Source: Phormidesmis sp. (GTDB lineage: Bacteria; Cyanobacteriota; Cyanobacteriia; Leptolyngbyales; Leptolyngbyaceae). Taken from it: a stretch of DNA of 64,000 nucleotides. The notes beneath the pieces were generated by a model. The model searched no databases and was not told the DNA's origin. It worked only from the letters and a program-made list of their open reading frames with translations. This document shows, one piece after another, positions 30,722 to 40,274 of the stretch (positions are counted from its first letter, which is position 1; each line of letters begins with the position of its first letter). Made by a program: the position numbers and the translations under genes. The stretch covers positions 1,344,001-1,408,000 of the forward strand of contig CBDFJR010000002.1 of the NCBI GenBank assembly GCA_965248535.1, in the 5' to 3' direction.

Positions 30722-31609
30722 ATGGATGCTGTTGAGCAATCAAAGCTACAGCCATTTCTGACTTTAAATCATCAAGTTAATCTTAAAAGCGATATTCCAG
30801 AAGCCCCAATTGTCAGCACACCTGAAATCCAAGCAAATAGCTTTTATTTCAGCAACTCAACTTGGGCGAAGACATATTTTGATGCTTGTCATCGCGATGC
30901 TGCCTTTAAAGAGCGGTGGGTTGCCGCGGTGGGTAGTTGGGACGATAAGATCGTGGTGGATGTAGGTTGTGGCCCAGGCAACCTCTATGCAAACCTAGGC
31001 GGGAAACCAGCGGTGCTCATTGGAGTAGATGTAGCACGTGGGTCTCTGGAAATGGCCCAGCAGATTGGGTATACGCCATTGTTGGCAGATGCCCACGACA
31101 TGCCACTGATTACAGAGTTTGCTGATATTGTGGCCGTCAATGCGTCATTGCACCATTGCATCGACATGTCTCAGGTATTGGCAGAGTCAGCCCGGTTGGT
31201 GCGCCCCGGTGGAGTCTTGATTGTTGACCACGATCCACAACTGACAGCTTGGAACTATAAAGGATTGGGACTATTGCTCTACAAAGTCCGTCTGGGAGTG
31301 ATCTATCGGTTTTTCCTTCGTAACTTAGCGGTTCCTAATGAAGAACGAACCCGTGCACTTGCAACCGAGGTGCATCATCAGCCCGGTCACGGTGTGACGA
31401 AGAATTTGTTTCATGAAATCCTAGAACCGATGGGCTTTGAGGTGAAGGTCTACCCTCATAACAATACGATCGGGGCTGACGCTCTAAAAGGGATTTGCGG
31501 CAACCCACCCCATTGGCGATATCGTCTCGGACAATTGCTTTCTGGCATTAATCCCTATTCTTCGGAGGCAGCATTGTCTCTAATGTGCGTGGCGGTTCGC
31601 AAGCCTTGA
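30722..31609 (+). CDS. class I SAM-dependent methyltransferase
   Basis: VDVGCGPG, GVD, ADAHDMP, LHH and LVRPGG motifs; AGGAG RBS before ATG 30722. Confidence 0.88.
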   Translation: MDAVEQSKLQPFLTLNHQVNLKSDIPEAPIVSTPEIQANSFYFSNSTWAKTYFDACHRDAAFKERWVAAVGSWDDKIVVDVGCGPGNLYANLGGKPAVLIGVDVARGSLEMAQQIGYTPLLADAHDMPLITEFADIVAVNASLHHCIDMSQVLAESARLVRPGGVLIVDHDPQLTAWNYKGLGLLLYKVRLGVIYRFFLRNLAVPNEERTRALATEVHHQPGHGVTKNLFHEILEPMGFEVKVYPHNNTIGADALKGICGNPPHWRYRLGQLLSGINPYSSEAALSLMCVAVRKP

Positions 31610-31830
31610 TCAAAAGATTGCTCATGACACCTTCATAAGAGATCAGAGTTTCAGGAATTTTCTGCACCACGACCGGGGCTGATCTGAGCGATCGCCTCAA
31701 ACTAATCGGTTGGCTGTCTTCGTATCTGAACAATTTGTTTCAAAACTAGCTTAATCAAGCCCTCACCTGGAGAAATGCTGATATATTTCTCCATAACGCT
31801 TAGTTTGCACCTGTGGGAGGCAATCCGCCC

Positions 31831-32997
31831 ATGAATCCCTCTCTTGATAAAAGTTTTGGAGGAGCCAGATCAGCAGCTTTTCAGATCATCTCGGTCACTA
31901 GCGCAACAGAGCAAGCGATGTTTTTAGAGGTGCCCGCGATCGTATATGCCCACGATCGCTATTGGGTGTCTCCACTTCGCAGTGACGTTGCCAAAAAGTT
32001 TGAGTCTAGTAATCCTTTTTTTCAATACGGCAGGCTTCAGCAGTTTGTTGCGATTCGCGGGGCAAAACCCATCGGTCGCATTGTGGCGGCAGTCAACGAT
32101 CGGTTGGTCGATCGCGAAGGCAAACCCATCGGCATTTTTGGTTTTTTTGAGTGTGTTGAAGACTTTGAGGTTGCCCAATCTCTTTTTGGTGCTGCCGCTG
32201 ACTGGCTAAGAGCGCAGGGAATGACCGAAGTCAGAGGCCCGATCGATCTTTCAACTCACAATAATTGCCTGTTTTTAGTAGATGGCTTTGACTCGTCGCC
32301 CATGGTGATGATGCCTTACAATCCTGCTTACTATCCTCAGTTTTTAGAACGAGACGGCTGGCACAAAGCCAAAGACGCTTATGCCTATAACTTTCTGCTT
32401 GATCAACCCCTCTCTCCAGAATTTGAAAAAGGCTACAAAATTGCCTGCAAATCTGGGGTTAACTTTCGACCCTTGAGAACCAAAGGCGAAGGATTTGAGC
32501 AAGACGCGATCGGTCTCTATAATCTGTTTACCAAGGCCTTTTCTGATAACTGGAGTTCTACCCCTCGCACTCAAGCAGAGTTTTTAGAAGAGGCAAAATC
32601 GCTGCAAAGTTTGGTCGATCCTGATGTGTTTCCGATCGCTGAATACAACGGTGAAATGATCGGGTTTTGGATGGGGTTGCCGGACTACAACATTCCCCTC
32701 AAACACGTTAACGGTAAGCTGAATTGGTTGGGAATTCTCAAGTTTCTCTGGCATCGTCGCCAAATCGATCAAGGGCGAGTGATTGCGATCTGTTCGCTTC
32801 CAGAATTTCGCCGCAAAATGGTTCCTCTGGCGCTGATTTATTTGGGCATGAATGGCGGAATTCAAAAGGGAAAACCTTACAAACGAGCCGAATTATCTTG
32901 GGTTTACGAAGATAATTTTGCTTCCCGTAAATTGATCGAAGCGTCGGGTGGCAAAATCTATAAAACCTATCGAATGTATGAAAAAAGTCTAGTTTAA
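31831..32997 (+). CDS. YghO/bCerS-like tandem GNAT-fold acyltransferase (bacterial ceramide synthase family)
   Basis: 'P..VY..D..WV.PL', NPFF, GRI.A, G.FGFFEC, 'WLR.QG...VRGP', LVDGFD..P..MMPYNP.YY, LPDYN, AELSWV.EDN and K.YR.YEK motifs. Confidence 0.75.
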   Translation: MNPSLDKSFGGARSAAFQIISVTSATEQAMFLEVPAIVYAHDRYWVSPLRSDVAKKFESSNPFFQYGRLQQFVAIRGAKPIGRIVAAVNDRLVDREGKPIGIFGFFECVEDFEVAQSLFGAAADWLRAQGMTEVRGPIDLSTHNNCLFLVDGFDSSPMVMMPYNPAYYPQFLERDGWHKAKDAYAYNFLLDQPLSPEFEKGYKIACKSGVNFRPLRTKGEGFEQDAIGLYNLFTKAFSDNWSSTPRTQAEFLEEAKSLQSLVDPDVFPIAEYNGEMIGFWMGLPDYNIPLKHVNGKLNWLGILKFLWHRRQIDQGRVIAICSLPEFRRKMVPLALIYLGMNGGIQKGKPYKRAELSWVYEDNFASRKLIEASGGKIYKTYRMYEKSLV

Positions 32998-33025
32998 GTC
33001 TCTATAAAAAATCGGAACTTTTTCA

Positions 33026-33985
33026 ATGAAAGCATTAGTAACCGGGGCTAACGGCTTTACTGGGTCTCATTTAGTCAAAGCGCTTGAAAAGCGAGGCGAT
33101 GCTGTGGTGGGGTTGGTGAGACGATCCAGCGACTTATCGCGATTAGACAACACCGCGATTGAACTAGTCTATGGAGACATCACCGATCGCGCTGCCCTGC
33201 AACAAGCCATGAGTCAAGTTGATACCGTTTTTCACACAGCCGCCTACGTCGAACTCGGTTTAGTCGATGCCGCACGAATGGAACAGGTCAACGTTCAAGG
33301 AACGCGCACCGTGCTGGAAGTTGCCCAAGCTGCGGGAGTTTCTAAAATGATTTATTGCAGCACGATCGGGGTTTTTGGCGACACCCAAGGCAAAGTCATT
33401 GACGAAACCTTCGAGCGGATTCAAAAAGATTTTTCGTCTGCCTACGATCGCACCAAATACAACGCCCAACAACTCGTCAATCAAGCGGCGGCTAGCGGGT
33501 TTCCGGTCATAAGCGTGATGCCTTCCGGCATTTTTGGACTGGATGATCCACATTTTATGCCCGTCCTCAATACCTTTCTTAAAAGACGGCTAAAAGTTTG
33601 GGCAGGCGGACAAAGAATCACAGGCATCGTTCATGTCGATGATTTAGCAAAAGCGATGATATTGGCAGCCGATCGGGGTCAACCTGGCGAACATTACATT
33701 ATCTCGTCAGGCGATTTATCAACTCGTGAAATGTTTGAGATTTTTAGTCGAGAAACCGGAATCTCTGCCCCGGCTGACGCGCCCGAACCACTAGTTCGCA
33801 CCGTTGGCGCAGTCTTAGATCTCATTGGCCGCACCTTTTCGTGGCAGCCTCCGATCGACCGAGAACGAGTGCATTATCTCTACGATCGCTGCGTCCGCGT
33901 CGATGCTGCCAAGGCAAAACGAGAACTTGGATGGAACCCTCGCTCTATTGAAGCCACCCTCAAAGAACTAGTCCAACAGCCTTGA
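33026..33985 (+). CDS. NAD(P)-dependent extended SDR (epimerase/reductase, HpnA/DFR-like)
   Basis: TGANGFTG, HTAA, YCST, catalytic YDRTK and VHVDDLA; 28 bp after the previous gene. Confidence 0.9.
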   Translation: MKALVTGANGFTGSHLVKALEKRGDAVVGLVRRSSDLSRLDNTAIELVYGDITDRAALQQAMSQVDTVFHTAAYVELGLVDAARMEQVNVQGTRTVLEVAQAAGVSKMIYCSTIGVFGDTQGKVIDETFERIQKDFSSAYDRTKYNAQQLVNQAAASGFPVISVMPSGIFGLDDPHFMPVLNTFLKRRLKVWAGGQRITGIVHVDDLAKAMILAADRGQPGEHYIISSGDLSTREMFEIFSRETGISAPADAPEPLVRTVGAVLDLIGRTFSWQPPIDRERVHYLYDRCVRVDAAKAKRELGWNPRSIEATLKELVQQP

Positions 33986-34001
33986 GATAAAAGAATCCTA
34001 T

Positions 34002-34033
34002 AAAAAAGGCTCCGCGGTCGCGGAGCCTTTTTT
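34002..34033. terminator. bidirectional intrinsic terminator
   Basis: AAAAAAGGCTCCGCG-GT-CGCGGAGCCTTTTTT between convergent genes. Confidence 0.9.
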
Positions 34034-34056
34034 GTCGATTTCAGAAGAAGCTTCGA

Positions 34057-35955
34057 TTAGAAGGTGAAGGTCGTTCTCACCGTGCCAATCACAACATCAT
34101 CGTTTGTGGTATTCTGACCGGGGTTAATCACCCAGATGATGCCAGGCGTGATTGAGATGTTGTCATTCAACTGATACTTATAGAACCCTTCTAGGTGAAG
34201 AGGAATCGCGTTGCCCACACCCGCTGCTCTTTGAGCAGCAGACGGATTAGACACATAAGGCTCTGCCCCTGCCATAAAGCCCAAGAGGTTACCTTTCTTG
34301 CCAAAATCAGGGAAGGCTAGACCAGCGCCATAAGTCCAGATTTTGCGAGAACCGTTGCCATCATCAACAAAATCAGCGTTGATGTAAGACGCAAAGCCAT
34401 TCAACACGATCTGGGGGCTGAGTCTAAAAGCGACTTCTGCTCCATAAGCGTTGACCTTAGCTGGGGTAATTGCGCCGAGTACGCTCGTGCCTTGGTTAGC
34501 CAGCAACGTGCCCGAAGCGCCAGTGCCGCCGTTTCCAGTGTCAAAGATCGCCGATCGTCTATAGGCATTGACGTAGGTCAAGCCAAGACTTAGAGCATTA
34601 CTAGCTTTGAAGGTCACTTGAGCCAGCGCAGAATAACTGCCGTTAAACAACCCATTTTTATCAGCAGGACTGTTTGCACTAGCGACCACTGCACCCGCAG
34701 AGGTTGAGTTGTCAGCCAAATAGCCACCGCTAATCGTAAAGGCTGGGGTCAATTCAAAGTTCACGCCTGCACCACTGCCACCACCAATCAAATAGATGGG
34801 GTTGCGTTGAGCAAAAACCGACAGAGGGCCTGTGCCGCCGTCAAACGCATCTAGAGCAGGGCTGACTGTGGGCGCATAGTCATAGTGAAGACCGCCTACA
34901 GCCGGGACGTAGACTCTCACCTTGTCAGTGATGTTAAAGAAATAGGCGACCCAATCAGCAAAAATTTTGTTGCCAACCGTGTTTCCAAAGTTAAAGGTCT
35001 GAAGCCCTTCAGCGTTTACGCCACCCGGTCGGTTGGGATTGTTTAGGTTGAAAGCGCCTGCATTACCTGCGGCAAGACGAGTAACCAACAAATCTTTGCC
35101 TGTAAAGCTGGTGTTGAGCGCCAGACGAACCCTGTCTTGAAACACCGTGTTGTTGCCACCAGAGTTTCTAACGCCAAACTCATCAGTGACTGCAAAAATA
35201 ACCTCGCCTGCAAGCTTGGTTGTGGTTGAAAACTGCTGCTTTTCAAGGGTTGCCGTCCGAGCTTCTAGAGCATCAACACGACCACGCAGGGTTGCCAACT
35301 CAGCCGCAAACTCTTCTTGCAGCTTTTGCAGGGTTGCCAAGTCTTCTTTCTTTACCAAATCGGCTGTGGCAGCCGCGATTAGCTCATTGACGCGATCGAG
35401 ACAAGCGTTCAAACCAGCCGCAAACTCATAGCGACTTAAAGCGCGGTTGCCGCGATAGGTTTTGTCGGGGTAGCCCGCGATGCAGCCATAGCGCTCAACC
35501 AAAGACTGCAAGGCTTGGAATGCCCAGTCAGTCGGCCGCACGTCAGACAGTTGAGAAACCGATGTGACTTGCCCGATCGCTGCCCCACCTTTTCCTTCCC
35601 GGCTGTAGCGATTGATTTGGTCGATTGAGTTGAGATCAGCACTCTGGTCTGCCGGAGAAGACACTTGAGCAACTTGAACCGGGGCAATCTTAGAAAGCTT
35701 TAGCTCGGTAGATTTTTCAGAAATCTCTTTGGCTTGAGTGGTCTTCGAGGTGGCAACTTCAGCAACCTGAGCCGCTTTGACTTCAACAGACGGTGCGACA
35801 AGCGCCTCAATTGCTTGAGTTTTCGCTGCGATCGCGACCGGAGATGTCGGAACAACGACTGACTTTTCTGCGGCGATCGCCCCAGAAGAAACCGCTAGAG
35901 CTACCCCAAAAAGCGCTGGGCTGACCACTAACGAATTCAACAGAAATTTAAACAT
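34057..35955 (-). CDS. cyanobacterial outer-membrane porin (SLH + OprB-type barrel)
   Basis: VTSVSQLSDVRPTDWAFQALQSLVERYGCI, QFSTTTKL, C-terminal RTTFTF; GAGGAG RBS. Confidence 0.95.
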   Translation of the reverse strand: MFKFLLNSLVVSPALFGVALAVSSGAIAAEKSVVVPTSPVAIAAKTQAIEALVAPSVEVKAAQVAEVATSKTTQAKEISEKSTELKLSKIAPVQVAQVSSPADQSADLNSIDQINRYSREGKGGAAIGQVTSVSQLSDVRPTDWAFQALQSLVERYGCIAGYPDKTYRGNRALSRYEFAAGLNACLDRVNELIAAATADLVKKEDLATLQKLQEEFAAELATLRGRVDALEARTATLEKQQFSTTTKLAGEVIFAVTDEFGVRNSGGNNTVFQDRVRLALNTSFTGKDLLVTRLAAGNAGAFNLNNPNRPGGVNAEGLQTFNFGNTVGNKIFADWVAYFFNITDKVRVYVPAVGGLHYDYAPTVSPALDAFDGGTGPLSVFAQRNPIYLIGGGSGAGVNFELTPAFTISGGYLADNSTSAGAVVASANSPADKNGLFNGSYSALAQVTFKASNALSLGLTYVNAYRRSAIFDTGNGGTGASGTLLANQGTSVLGAITPAKVNAYGAEVAFRLSPQIVLNGFASYINADFVDDGNGSRKIWTYGAGLAFPDFGKKGNLLGFMAGAEPYVSNPSAAQRAAGVGNAIPLHLEGFYKYQLNDNISITPGIIWVINPGQNTTNDDVVIGTVRTTFTF

Positions 35956-36387
35956 GAATATTCTCCTCACACCTGGTTTATAGAGCGACTGTTTGAGCCT
36001 TCTACCTGTCTAGTCTAGACTTGTAACCACTTCTGCAAACTACAAAACCTACGCCAGCCTATCACTCAGGCAGTTGAGTTATGTATGCCAAATTACAACT
36101 AGAGAGCGACTTTGGAAATAATAGCAGATGTTTGCCAAGAGTGTCTGGCTGTTGTTGGGATCGATCACAGCAAAAAATCCCTTGCAAATCTCCTCCTATA
36201 AATCTCCCAGAGGTTAGCCAACTATCACCTCTATCGAAAGGAATACATACTTTTAATCAAGACCGCTAATTCTCTGCAATGCTGGGAATTGGGGGTTAAA
36301 CCAGCCAGAATCTCTCAGGATCTAGCACTGCTCTAGGTCGATATATTCGACTAGCTCCCATCGAAGATCCTCCCTTTTAAAAACTAT

Positions 36388-36441
36388 CCGCTCCTGCTAA
36401 AGAAACGTTGGTAAAACCAAAATCCCAAGGAGCAGGAGCGG
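36388..36441 (-). terminator. 11-bp inverted repeat with T-rich tail on the minus strand
   Basis: CCGCTCCTGCT (36388-36398) / AGCAGGAGCGG (36431-36441); the minus strand continues ATAGTTTTT. Confidence 0.5.
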
Positions 36442-36540
36442 TGTAGGGGGTCTTCAGATTGCAACTAGACTGCCGGAAGGGACTCCAGGCTAGTCAGCCG
36501 TTATGGATGAGCCATCTCTACCAGTGTGGAAGATCTAACT

Positions 36541-36612
36541 CTAGAGAGCAGCCCCGGCGCACAGCCAGTTCAACACAACCTGACGACCCAGGCGTATACT
36601 ACTATCTTGCAT
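36541..36612 (-). CDS. putative 23-aa small protein MQDSSIRLGRQVVLNWLCAGAAL
   Basis: GGAGGTGA RBS (GGAGG 8 nt before ATG 36612); TAG at 36541-36543; below the ORF-track cutoff. Confidence 0.5.
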   Translation of the reverse strand: MQDSSIRLGRQVVLNWLCAGAAL

Positions 36613-36790
36613 GGGCATCACCTCCTATCGCCTAAACGGCTTTATTATCAAGGGTTTACACCGTCGAAAGCAGATAAATTTCGCTGCTTCAATTCAAGAT
36701 AACACAGACTTTTTCGAGTGTGTTGCAATCTCACAAAAAAGCTCCCACCTGACTGGCGGGAGCGATCGAAAATGTGCAATTCCAGACCCT

Positions 36791-37849
36791 TTAGAGAGCG
36801 TTACCGCGAGGCAGAACCTCTTCAGGGAATACAAATTTTTCGTGGGGCTGGTCCTGAGAAGCCATCCAAGCGCGGATGCCCTCGTTCAACAAAATGTTCT
36901 TCGTGTAGAACGTTTCAAATTCCGGGTCTTCCGCCGCCCGCAGTTCTTGGGAGACGAAATCATACGCCCGCAGGTTTAGCGCCAAACCAACGATGCCCAC
37001 CGATGCCATCCACAACCCCGTCACCGGGACAAACAGCATGAAAAAGTGCAGCCACCGCTTGTTGGAGAAGGCAATCCCAAAAATCTGTGACCAGAAACGG
37101 TTTGCCGTCACCATCGAGTAGGTTTCTTCACTCTGGGTGGGGTTGAACGCCCGGAAGGTGTTGGCGTTTTCGCCGTCTTCAAACAGGGTGTTCTCCACCG
37201 TCGCGCCGTGGATGGCGCACAGCAGCGCGCCGCCCAAGATGCCCGCCACGCCCATCATGTGGAAGGGGTTGAGGGTGAAGTTGTGAAACCCTTGGATGAA
37301 CAGAATGAATCGGAAGATGCCCGCTACGCCGAAGCTCGGAGCGAAAAACCAACTCGACTGTCCCAACGGGTACATCAAGAAGACGGAGACGAAGACGGCG
37401 ATCGGGCCGGTGAAGGCGATGGCGTTGTAGGGACGGATGCCGACTAAGCGGGCAATCTCGAGCTGCCGCAGACAGAAGCCAATCAAGCCGAAGGCTCCGT
37501 GCAGGGCGACAAATGCCCACAGACCGCCGATTTGGAACCAGCGAGTCAGGTCGCCTTGGGCTTCAGGGCCCCACAACAGCAGCAGGGAGTGCCCCATGCT
37601 GTCGGCGGGGGTGGAGACGGCGACGGTGAGAAAGTTGGCTCCTTCGAGGTAGGAGGAAGCCAAGCCGTGGGTGTACCACGAGGTGACGAAGGTGGTGCCA
37701 GTCATCCAGCCGCCCACGGCCAAAAAGGCGCAGGGGAACAGCAGGAGGCCTGACCAGCCGATGAAGACGAAGCGATCGCGTTTCAACCAGTCGTCGAGTG
37801 CGTCAAATACGCCTCGGCTTGGTTGCGCGCGCCCTACTGCTATGGTCAT
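36791..37849 (-). CDS. psbD: photosystem II D2 protein, stand-alone copy (no psbC downstream)
   Basis: MTIAVGR...[11 protein letters not shown]...[11 protein letters not shown]; 352 aa; Y160, H189 and H197 retained. Confidence 0.99.
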   Translation of the reverse strand: MTIAVGRAQPSRGVFDALDDWLKRDRFVFIGWSGLLLFPCAFLAVGGWMTGTTFVTSWYTHGLASSYLEGANFLTVAVSTPADSMGHSLLLLWGPEAQGDLTRWFQIGGLWAFVALHGAFGLIGFCLRQLEIARLVGIRPYNAIAFTGPIAVFVSVFLMYPLGQSSWFFAPSFGVAGIFRFILFIQGFHNFTLNPFHMMGVAGILGGALLCAIHGATVENTLFEDGENANTFRAFNPTQSEETYSMVTANRFWSQIFGIAFSNKRWLHFFMLFVPVTGLWMASVGIVGLALNLRAYDFVSQELRAAEDPEFETFYTKNILLNEGIRAWMASQDQPHEKFVFPEEVLPRGNAL

Positions 37850-38022
37850 AACGCAAATCTCCAAAGATTATGAGAACGGAAGACAAACCATCAAACTTGC
37901 TACCAGCAATCGCTCCGATTGGAGTTGACTCGGCCGCCGGGCAAGCATGATTTACTTTTCTTCACTTATTCCATCGATTATAGAGGCATGTTCTTCAAAA
38001 ATTCCAGGTTTGCACCCGCAAA

Positions 38023-38050
38023 TCTTAAAGCTTCTTTATATTTCTTAACA
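38023..38050. promoter_or_regulatory. HLR1/RpaB-like 10-bp-period direct repeats upstream of psbD
   Basis: TCTTAAAG-CT-TCTTTATA-TT-TCTTAACA; imperfect match to the TTACA-type repeat. Confidence 0.35.
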
Positions 38051-38124
38051 CTTGAAGACAGAGCCAACCGCATCAGGCAGATATTTGCGATACTAGAGCT
38101 TGGTTATCCGTAAAGCACTCTCCT

Positions 38125-38391
38125 ATGTTCATTATCGAATTGACGTTAAAGACTACACCTGTTCCCCTCTCGGTGCAGCGCAAATCAGCAGAAGATGCAG
38201 AAAAGACTTACCAAGAGATCACGGCGGCAATGCGCGCTGGCAGTAGCCAGGTTTTAGAGCTAACCTGCGATCGTCAAACCGATAAGAAACTGGCGCTGCT
38301 CAGTGACGGTCTAGCTGCGGTGCAAATCTATGAAAAATCAAGTGCGTCTGCTTCTGGTAGAGCGCCCGGTTTCTTCGCGATGGCCGAGTAA
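38125..38391 (+). CDS. UPF0367 family protein
   Basis: PLSVQRK, LELTCDRQ.DKK and GRAPGFF motifs. Confidence 0.8.
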   Translation: MFIIELTLKTTPVPLSVQRKSAEDAEKTYQEITAAMRAGSSQVLELTCDRQTDKKLALLSDGLAAVQIYEKSSASASGRAPGFFAMAE

Positions 38392-38397
38392 GCCCCC

Positions 38398-39084
38398 ATG
38401 ACTTCTGGATCGACTGCTGCCATTCACATTCACGATCTCTGCTTTAGCTGGGCTAAAGATAGAACCGTTTTGCAATCTTGCTCTCTAGAAGTGCCAACTG
38501 GAGAGTTTTGGATGCTGTTGGGCACGAATGGCAGTGGTAAATCCACTCTATTGAGGCTCTTGGCTGGGCTGTTAACGCCTGACTCAGGAGACATTGAGAT
38601 TTCACCCCCGATCGGGTTTGTGTTTCAAAATCCTGACCATCAGCTTGTGATGCCTACGGTTGGTGCAGATGTAGCGTTTGGCTTGGTTCAAGAAGGGTTG
38701 TCAATTTTAGACGTGCGGCAGCGAGTCGAAGAGTCTCTGGCTGCCGTCAATTTATTGGCACTGCAAAGGCGGCCGATCTACGCCCTCAGTGGAGGACAGA
38801 AGCAGCGAGTCGCGATCGCTGGAGCTATTGCCCGCCACTGCGGGATTTTGCTGTTAGATGAACCCACCGCGCTGCTTGACCCCGACAGTCAGTTAGACCT
38901 AGTGGCTCAAGTGCAAAAACTAGTTAAAAACCGGGGCATGACGGCCCTGTGGGTGACTCACCGATTGGACGAGTTGGACTATTGTGACGGAGCCTTTCTA
39001 CTAGACCAAGGGCGAGTCGTAGATCAGGGAGACCCCAAACGGTTGAGACAGCGCTTAATGCAGACTGAAGAACTAGCAGACTAG
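38398..39084 (+). CDS. ABC ATP-binding protein (EcfA/CbiO-like)
   Basis: GTNGSGKST, FQNPDHQL, LSGGQKQR and LLDEPT motifs. Confidence 0.9.
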   Translation: MTSGSTAAIHIHDLCFSWAKDRTVLQSCSLEVPTGEFWMLLGTNGSGKSTLLRLLAGLLTPDSGDIEISPPIGFVFQNPDHQLVMPTVGADVAFGLVQEGLSILDVRQRVEESLAAVNLLALQRRPIYALSGGQKQRVAIAGAIARHCGILLLDEPTALLDPDSQLDLVAQVQKLVKNRGMTALWVTHRLDELDYCDGAFLLDQGRVVDQGDPKRLRQRLMQTEELAD

Positions 39085-39242
39085 CGCTGATTGAAGACTC
39101 ACAAACCCGCTGTGAGGATGAGCTTTTCTGGTTCGTCTGACATCTTGGCGCAAATTTTTGTATCCAAACCTCAATCGGAGGTGCCAATATTAAGAAGTGA
39201 GAAGCCAACGTCAGCGTCCGTCTGTCCCATCACCCTAAATCC

Positions 39243-39797
39243 ATGCCCCGTTCTGCGCCCCAAGCTGTGCTGTTGGTGGACGGCTATAACATAGTCGGCG
39301 CTTGGCATGACTTGAAGCAGGTGCGAGACGGTCAGGGGCTTGAAGAAGCGCGCCGCCACCTGATTGCAGCGTTAACGGGTTACAGCGCTTTTCAGGGATT
39401 TGACACTCAGGTCGTTTTTGACGCGCAATATCGCGACAGCCTGGCTACTCGCGAAGTGGTCACGCCCAATTTGTTGGTTCACTACACTGATTTTGGGCAG
39501 ACCGCAGACACTTATATTGAGCGATCGTGTGCTGATTTTCGTCACGACATTCGCAAATTTCATCAACGGCTGATTGTGGCAACCTCCGATCGGGCCCAGC
39601 AACTGACCGTGGTGGGCTATGGAGCAGAGTGGATGTCAGCCCAACAGTTAGCCAACGATGTTGAGTTTGCGGCTCGGCGAGTGCAACGCAAACAGAAAGA
39701 CGTTAAGAAATCATCGGGTCGGTTTTTGTTTAATGCTCTCGACCCGATCGCTCAAGAGCGGTTAACCCGGCTACGGTTTGGCAAAGATCAGAAATAA
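39243..39797 (+). CDS. NYN domain ribonuclease (YacP/Rae1-like)
   Basis: LLVDGYN, VVFDA, QTADTYIER and VATSD motifs. Confidence 0.88.
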   Translation: MPRSAPQAVLLVDGYNIVGAWHDLKQVRDGQGLEEARRHLIAALTGYSAFQGFDTQVVFDAQYRDSLATREVVTPNLLVHYTDFGQTADTYIERSCADFRHDIRKFHQRLIVATSDRAQQLTVVGYGAEWMSAQQLANDVEFAARRVQRKQKDVKKSSGRFLFNALDPIAQERLTRLRFGKDQK

Positions 39798-39861
39798 GTT
39801 GGCAAAAGGCTTGTCAAAAGGTCGGGTTTGTCGTTATTATTGGATTCGCAACGAGTAACGT

Positions 39862-39933
<72 letters not shown>

Positions 39934-39952
39934 TTTTCAAAATCAATAGCTT

Positions 39953-40249
39953 TTACTGACTCCGAGCCTTATCTGTCAGCCAGGCTAAAAGTGGCTGTAT
40001 TGCCTCGGTCGCGGCTTCATCAACGTGGATCGTGTGCTGCTTCCTGCCTTCTTTAGCGGTGATTTTGTAGTGAAAGCGATCGGGTTGAAAAGGGGTGGCT
40101 GCGACTTTTGAAGGCAGATGAAAAAAGTCTGCCGCTTGCATGAGTTGCCGAAGTTGTTCCGCGTCAGATGACGACAAGGTTTCTGTGTCAACCGTTGCCG
40201 TCATCGTCATTCCCGCAAAACCACCGCTACGCTCGAATGTGACTTTCAT
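39953..40249 (-). CDS. emfourin-like protealysin inhibitor
   Basis: 'F.RSGGFAG', 'DFF.LP' and 'PDRF.Y.IT' motifs; directly downstream of the M4 protease. Confidence 0.85.
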   Translation of the reverse strand: MKVTFERSGGFAGMTMTATVDTETLSSSDAEQLRQLMQAADFFHLPSKVAATPFQPDRFHYKITAKEGRKQHTIHVDEAATEAIQPLLAWLTDKARSQ

Positions 40250-40274
40250 GAGGCAAAAAGTGAGGAACTAGTCT

